Position numbers and translations under genes: made by a program. A DNA stretch of 26,648 bases from a virus. Its lineage: Duplodnaviria > Caudoviricetes. Below the pieces are notes generated by a model that saw only the letters and a list, made by a program, of their open reading frames with translations, was not told the origin of the DNA and did no database searches. The stretch covers positions 1-26,648 of the IMG/VR virus record IMGVR_UViG_3300047668_000467; one strand, 5' to 3'. Shown piece after piece: positions 24,401 through 26,648 of this stretch; within the stretch, counting starts at the first letter, position 1, and every line of letters starts with the position of its first letter.

Positions 24401-26034
24401 GACCAAGAGTCTTTAACTTCTTCTGATTGTAAGTTTACATCTTGAGATTCTTCTTGATCATAATTAAAACCTGCGCTGTTGTTTGATTTATTAAGATTAG
24501 TAATATCATTCTGTAATCTTAAGATAGAGTTCTTCCTAGCTGCTGGAACAAACACATCACTTTTACCACTGGTTCCTTCTAATAAAATAAAGTTTTCTCC
24601 ACCTATTTGCGTGTCACCTATGACTGTGTATACTGGGGTTGGGTTATTAGTTGGGTCGCTTTGGTCAAAGCTTTCCGCACTTGGTTGTTGACTAGGGCCT
24701 GCTACTGTTTGAGATACAGGTGCCCCTGTTAATGTTACCGAATCACCTACAAGAAAATCTACATCACCATATAAATCTGTGTTAGCAAATATATCACTGT
24801 TAATTTTTGGTACTTGAATACGTTGACCGCCTGCATCTATTGATACATCTACACTAGGGCCTACTCTTAATGCCTGAGCTGTTCCGCCCACTACACCAAA
24901 TGGCCCACCACCTACTGCACCAGCCGCCGCCGCTTCACCTATCTGTTTCCAGAAATCTTTGCTGGCATACATTTCCATAATAGATCTGCCCCCTTCAATC
25001 TCTTGACCAGTAGATGTAATTGTTTCTTGAATTGATTCCGCTGATGCTTCACCAGCTGCTGACGCTCCTACACCTTTACCAAAGGCTCTTAATCTATCAC
25101 CTCTAGTTGCTGCTTTAATTGTTTTTTTAATTTTATATGCATCACCTTTTAAGAAACTTTGCAATCCTTTTTTTACTGCGTTAGGTGAAGTCTTTTTAAT
25201 TAAAGTATTTAATAATAAACTACCTGCACCAAATGCCCCCTCTGCCATAGCATACGGCACACCTGCTGCTAAAGCAATGGCTGCATTAGGATCTTTTGCT
25301 TCTGCTAATTGATTTACATATGTATCACCAGCACCAAATGCATAACCTGAAGCCATGAACCCAAGTCCTGACATAGTAGTTGCTCTGTTAATAGCACCTC
25401 CTATTAAACCTTTACTGCCCTCAGCTAGTAACCCTTTAGTAAACGATTGTTTTAAAGCACTCATGCCCGCTTGTCTTGCTATAAGACCAGCACCTATTGC
25501 ACCAGCTCCTACACCACCTGACACTATACCTGCTAATACAAATGGTAAAGTTGTTACTGCACCTTCCCCTAGCTTAGCCCCCATCCATTCTAAGAATGCG
25601 CTGAACTCTTGTTCACTTTCAAATACTTGTTCTAAAGAACTGATACGCGGGGCTACTTCACCCTCTGCATCTCTTCGCCACATGTGGGCTGTTTGGTCTA
25701 ATTGATATTGTTTAACTGCATCAATTGCTTCTTGTTGTAAAGTCTCTGCACCGAACGCATCATAAATAGTAGCCATAGTTCCTTGGCCTATTTGTTTTAA
25801 TGTATCAATTGCTGATTTACCTGCTGCGACTGCAGCATTATCGTTAAGGTTATCTTCGTCTAATAAATAGACAGGGTCTAGGCCGAACTTATACGCAAAG
25901 CCATTCTCCGCCATAGCGGTTTCTATCTTTTCACTTTTGAGGAGATTTCTTATTTCTTCATCGGATGCTGAAGCGTCTACTTTAATCCGTGGCGCACCTG
26001 AGTCACCAAATTTAATATACTTTACGTCTGCCAT
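18496..26034 (-). CDS. very large polyvalent internal virion/ejection protein (2512 aa) with HExxH metallopeptidase-like and ADP-ribosyltransferase-like domains
   Basis: Uninterrupted ORF, TAAGG RBS; Gly/Ala-rich hydrophobic N-terminus; HEVMH...EEAISDAF; NFFKWF...VMHTT...GFHFT...NIKNPL...GYDGIVY...AFKPEQFKS. Confidence 0.8.
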   Translation of the reverse strand: MADVKYIKFGDSGAPRIKVDASASDEEIRNLLKSEKIETAMAENGFAYKFGLDPVYLLDEDNLNDNAAVAAGKSAIDTLKQIGQGTMATIYDAFGAETLQQEAIDAVKQYQLDQTAHMWRRDAEGEVAPRISSLEQVFESEQEFSAFLEWMGAKLGEGAVTTLPFVLAGIVSGGVGAGAIGAGLIARQAGMSALKQSFTKGLLAEGSKGLIGGAINRATTMSGLGFMASGYAFGAGDTYVNQLAEAKDPNAAIALAAGVPYAMAEGAFGAGSLLLNTLIKKTSPNAVKKGLQSFLKGDAYKIKKTIKAATRGDRLRAFGKGVGASAAGEASAESIQETITSTGQEIEGGRSIMEMYASKDFWKQIGEAAAAGAVGGGPFGVVGGTAQALRVGPSVDVSIDAGGQRIQVPKINSDIFANTDLYGDVDFLVGDSVTLTGAPVSQTVAGPSQQPSAESFDQSDPTNNPTPVYTVIGDTQIGGENFILLEGTSGKSDVFVPAARKNSILRLQNDITNLNKSNNSAGFNYDQEESQDVNLQSEEVKDSWSKNKKAWKQRGYTNTDSDAAINEYLSEEKEEWVTNNVATLINQREDQALIRGLYSIFQTNNSPRTERFAQFFADGDFENGRELGLEESFEENGGKVDGAYGKYNTIANKDLKDAFSKEGWDQQRYSTIQNYVADEGNQLTSDERDELNELGYNGPNGQALVEDLIDDTRVIGNSKLTRGRRRLEDILNDKVRYETETKGTRERKEKIITGENIIEPLSTEERQSQLGEGIFDTPVGDRIRQLRELLHLLDPKGWAWITGLERKQLSQLKRLKTAYLFSNDMTNANATQKQIDRIRRKAHVIKHNGKIVGTYSPVAKRVALEEMERLSNTKDFSLSAEEITMYETHVSNIDKGRLRFNELLMTFNEEPVLESEWGQLTTRDARLKRIEKKARSFSFSEPTSYIRRYELWAKNAGEPRITDDFAENSQKVLQSLKDIISKLSLDIKLDLLPWIEADGQALAGRYILGSKGVEVAYNAVPQLRPNLNKTDALNYTLHHEVMHLLRNEGFFTKQEYMALEKAARDTWIKQYKIEERHPELDRATQIEEAISDAFAEFMTGRYQTGGAIAKAFAKLKQYLIALGNALTQNRFNTPENIFNAIDLGLVGARYASMQRATNIYLTGDNATSIIVNNPYSGTDLAGFAPRTRALFTKQPTITNVKNFFKWFNSGGRPSAVVDTKGAPLIVMHTTPDTRDSSQQVPFTIFDKDRTRDFGFHFTPDQLTIDTFVENKQASPYDYYTFKGFLNIKNPLRLLDFGTWDPATVLQSLLNRGVITQREFNRETKIINDAKAKLSPSQLKMLEENGFVIGEFDNITKLIQSKGYDGIVYLNEGEYKHKSIYKKAVAMLANKATGVIDPSQELTEAEMEVLVKEPPSDSYIAFKPEQFKSVFNDGTYGIRQKNMMAMNQWQAVPGERPVDRYIPMNRQQKRALNSKMGKAMEEEVKLYNKDSTSLTPKKLSKFSRIAGFVREWAKDNAFFERLWRTVEDMGIKAKRIQANYQRIMRTYNNIIKDDALREALYRAQAISTFFPDQRFVPDAEGRIIFRAPMDASPENSPEGLEISPGEVIILEGDAAQAYVDYQKAMMYMAKEQIRGMIAGGYVEQIKVAIEKLNAHKGRAISEVYVPNFPPNMTNDMIENMEYGEVIQLVKGLRRLVENSDAEFIDRSALTADELSDVVSLIGDNTTGLTKLAGELRNFEDFKKADYVPLMRYGKFVVTIVDKSQEQYLKATAKDKGAFKYKGKLVTLNPKYILRRQHYESARAADEARQKYISQYRDDVGVEVNPTIELDADKLKEQLEQGSLTVIDLAQYLTEPKAEIFKKLEEDLKDLAKNNKNIIGFDQFFTPRQRVGGVPGYSPDFARAANQFGYMGARYASRSRFMNEAEERKKVLETYVKEKDDKQMGIALDKWWTYSNDPHQEFAQIRRLGFWWYLGGNLSSAALQIFSAVQFTGPILSQISSTAKAGKELTKALAEATSMLSFTENEYGDVFIDWEKTPADVKEAILNDMPFYIKQGQALQETGQDPGVKAMDTESAFRNFESMVIGGPFNTMEAISRLTAYMASYRLAQDPAVRENFYQMYQGDQIVQGMINDNNGVLTPEIIARTMIDDTFGVYGKMNRPQIMRGMMSVPALFQTYIGQMFALLNRLLTKGSTPAQKAAGRKAFAKILVMLMLTGGLFGLPGSDDAEELANWMIEKAPVVGTGLKTDLRAAMREMLYNAGFGPGLINAMENGIIEAGLNIDVQRRVSLGNVPGSQQVRAIAGLLGLTPGGSPADFAGAPGSVFMTAIREGTQAMREGESLVDVAFKSSPLFVRNLYKAYDQSIGKGFVETNYGSVLVDDASIMESIYQSMGFGSARAKRSREALYQERLNATRNQSKRQKVNAQITNAYRDIFVGSKTGNSSLSGKGQVRLNELTRALYKWNSKQDIADMIFPDLNSLVKSALEATYNDIRIANKSGLNIVKDITQRKALGLE

Positions 26035-26074
26035 TCGTTACCTTACTTAGTATTCAGAGCGCGAGCTCTTAGGG

Positions 26075-26647
26075 TTAGTTGCCTGTACTATATTCTGTTG
26101 CGTCTATTGTTACTTCACCTGTTTGGGCACCACCATCAGCACCACCTGCTAGGTAGAGTGCATTTGATTTAATAGCGTCCATTAATATTCCTGCTGTAAC
26201 AGGATCACTTCCTTGTAATGCTTGTGCATAAGTAAACATTGTACTTATAGAACTTGCTTTAGCTGAAGTTAAATCTTTAACTGTAATTTGTTTTAACATA
26301 GCTGCGTAGGCTGTATCAAAATCTCCTGGTTGAAGAGCACCTGATCTTATTCTTGCATTAACAATACTACGTGCTTCTGTTTGTGCATCAGTCATATACT
26401 GTCTTGGATCAACTAACTTATTAGTTTCTGCCATAGTTTTCATAGCATCTAATGTAGCTTGTTGTCTAGCAATATCTGTAGCTTCTGCTACCTTTAAATT
26501 ATTTCTAACGTTCTTTGAAGCTCTAGCAAATCTATTACCGTATGCATCTGCCCCTACTCTTGTCTCTAACATAGCATCAGATATACCACCTAATATAGCA
26601 TCTCGTTTATCTGCGTCGTTAAACATAGTTTGCATCCTACCTTTAGG
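26075..26647 (-). CDS. probable internal virion protein, 5'-truncated at window edge
   Basis: Frame stays open from ATG 26635 to window end (..PKGRM); Ala-rich helical; directly upstream of the large virion protein. Confidence 0.6.
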   Translation of the reverse strand, partial: PKGRMQTMFNDADKRDAILGGISDAMLETRVGADAYGNRFARASKNVRNNLKVAEATDIARQQATLDAMKTMAETNKLVDPRQYMTDAQTEARSIVNARIRSGALQPGDFDTAYAAMLKQITVKDLTSAKASSISTMFTYAQALQGSDPVTAGILMDAIKSNALYLAGGADGGAQTGEVTIDATEYSTGN

Positions 26648-26648
26648 A

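Noticed and set aside
19067-25705. + strand ORFs of 70-145 aa within the giant gene
   Set aside because: Shadow ORFs from codon bias of the - strand 2512-aa gene
26056-26069. AGAGC-GCGA-GCTCT hairpin between virion genes
   Set aside because: Only a 5-bp stem with no U-tract; too weak to call
1-26648. tRNA, rRNA, integrase or phage RNA polymerase genes
   Set aside because: No matching sequence or motifs seen; intergenic gaps are short and otherwise explained

Overview
Segment of a dsDNA tailed-phage genome (podovirus-like organisation; AT-rich; a marine alphaproteobacterial host is plausible but not shown). Bases 1-340 are non-coding and contain an inverted 10-bp-repeat array around an AT-rich core (candidate origin). 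The + strand (344-18495) carries small early genes, a gamma-glutamyl cyclotransferase-like gene and a recombination module (Cas4/RecB-like nuclease, Sak4-like ATPase, SSB-like protein). It also carries a family A DNA polymerase split inside its proofreading domain and fused to a degenerate uracil-DNA-glycosylase-like domain, a DUF3987-type ATPase, class I ribonucleotide reductase nrdA/nrdB, an HTH-metallophosphoesterase, a metallothionein-like micro-ORF and a lysis region. Between nrdA and nrdB lies a C5 methyltransferase with a second subunit nested in the +1 frame. Six similar sigma70-type promoters punctuate this arm. The - strand (18496-end) encodes a 2512-aa polyvalent virion/ejection protein with HExxH peptidase-like and ADP-ribosyltransferase-like domains, plus a truncated upstream virion protein. 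All family assignments come from motif recognition by eye, not database searches.
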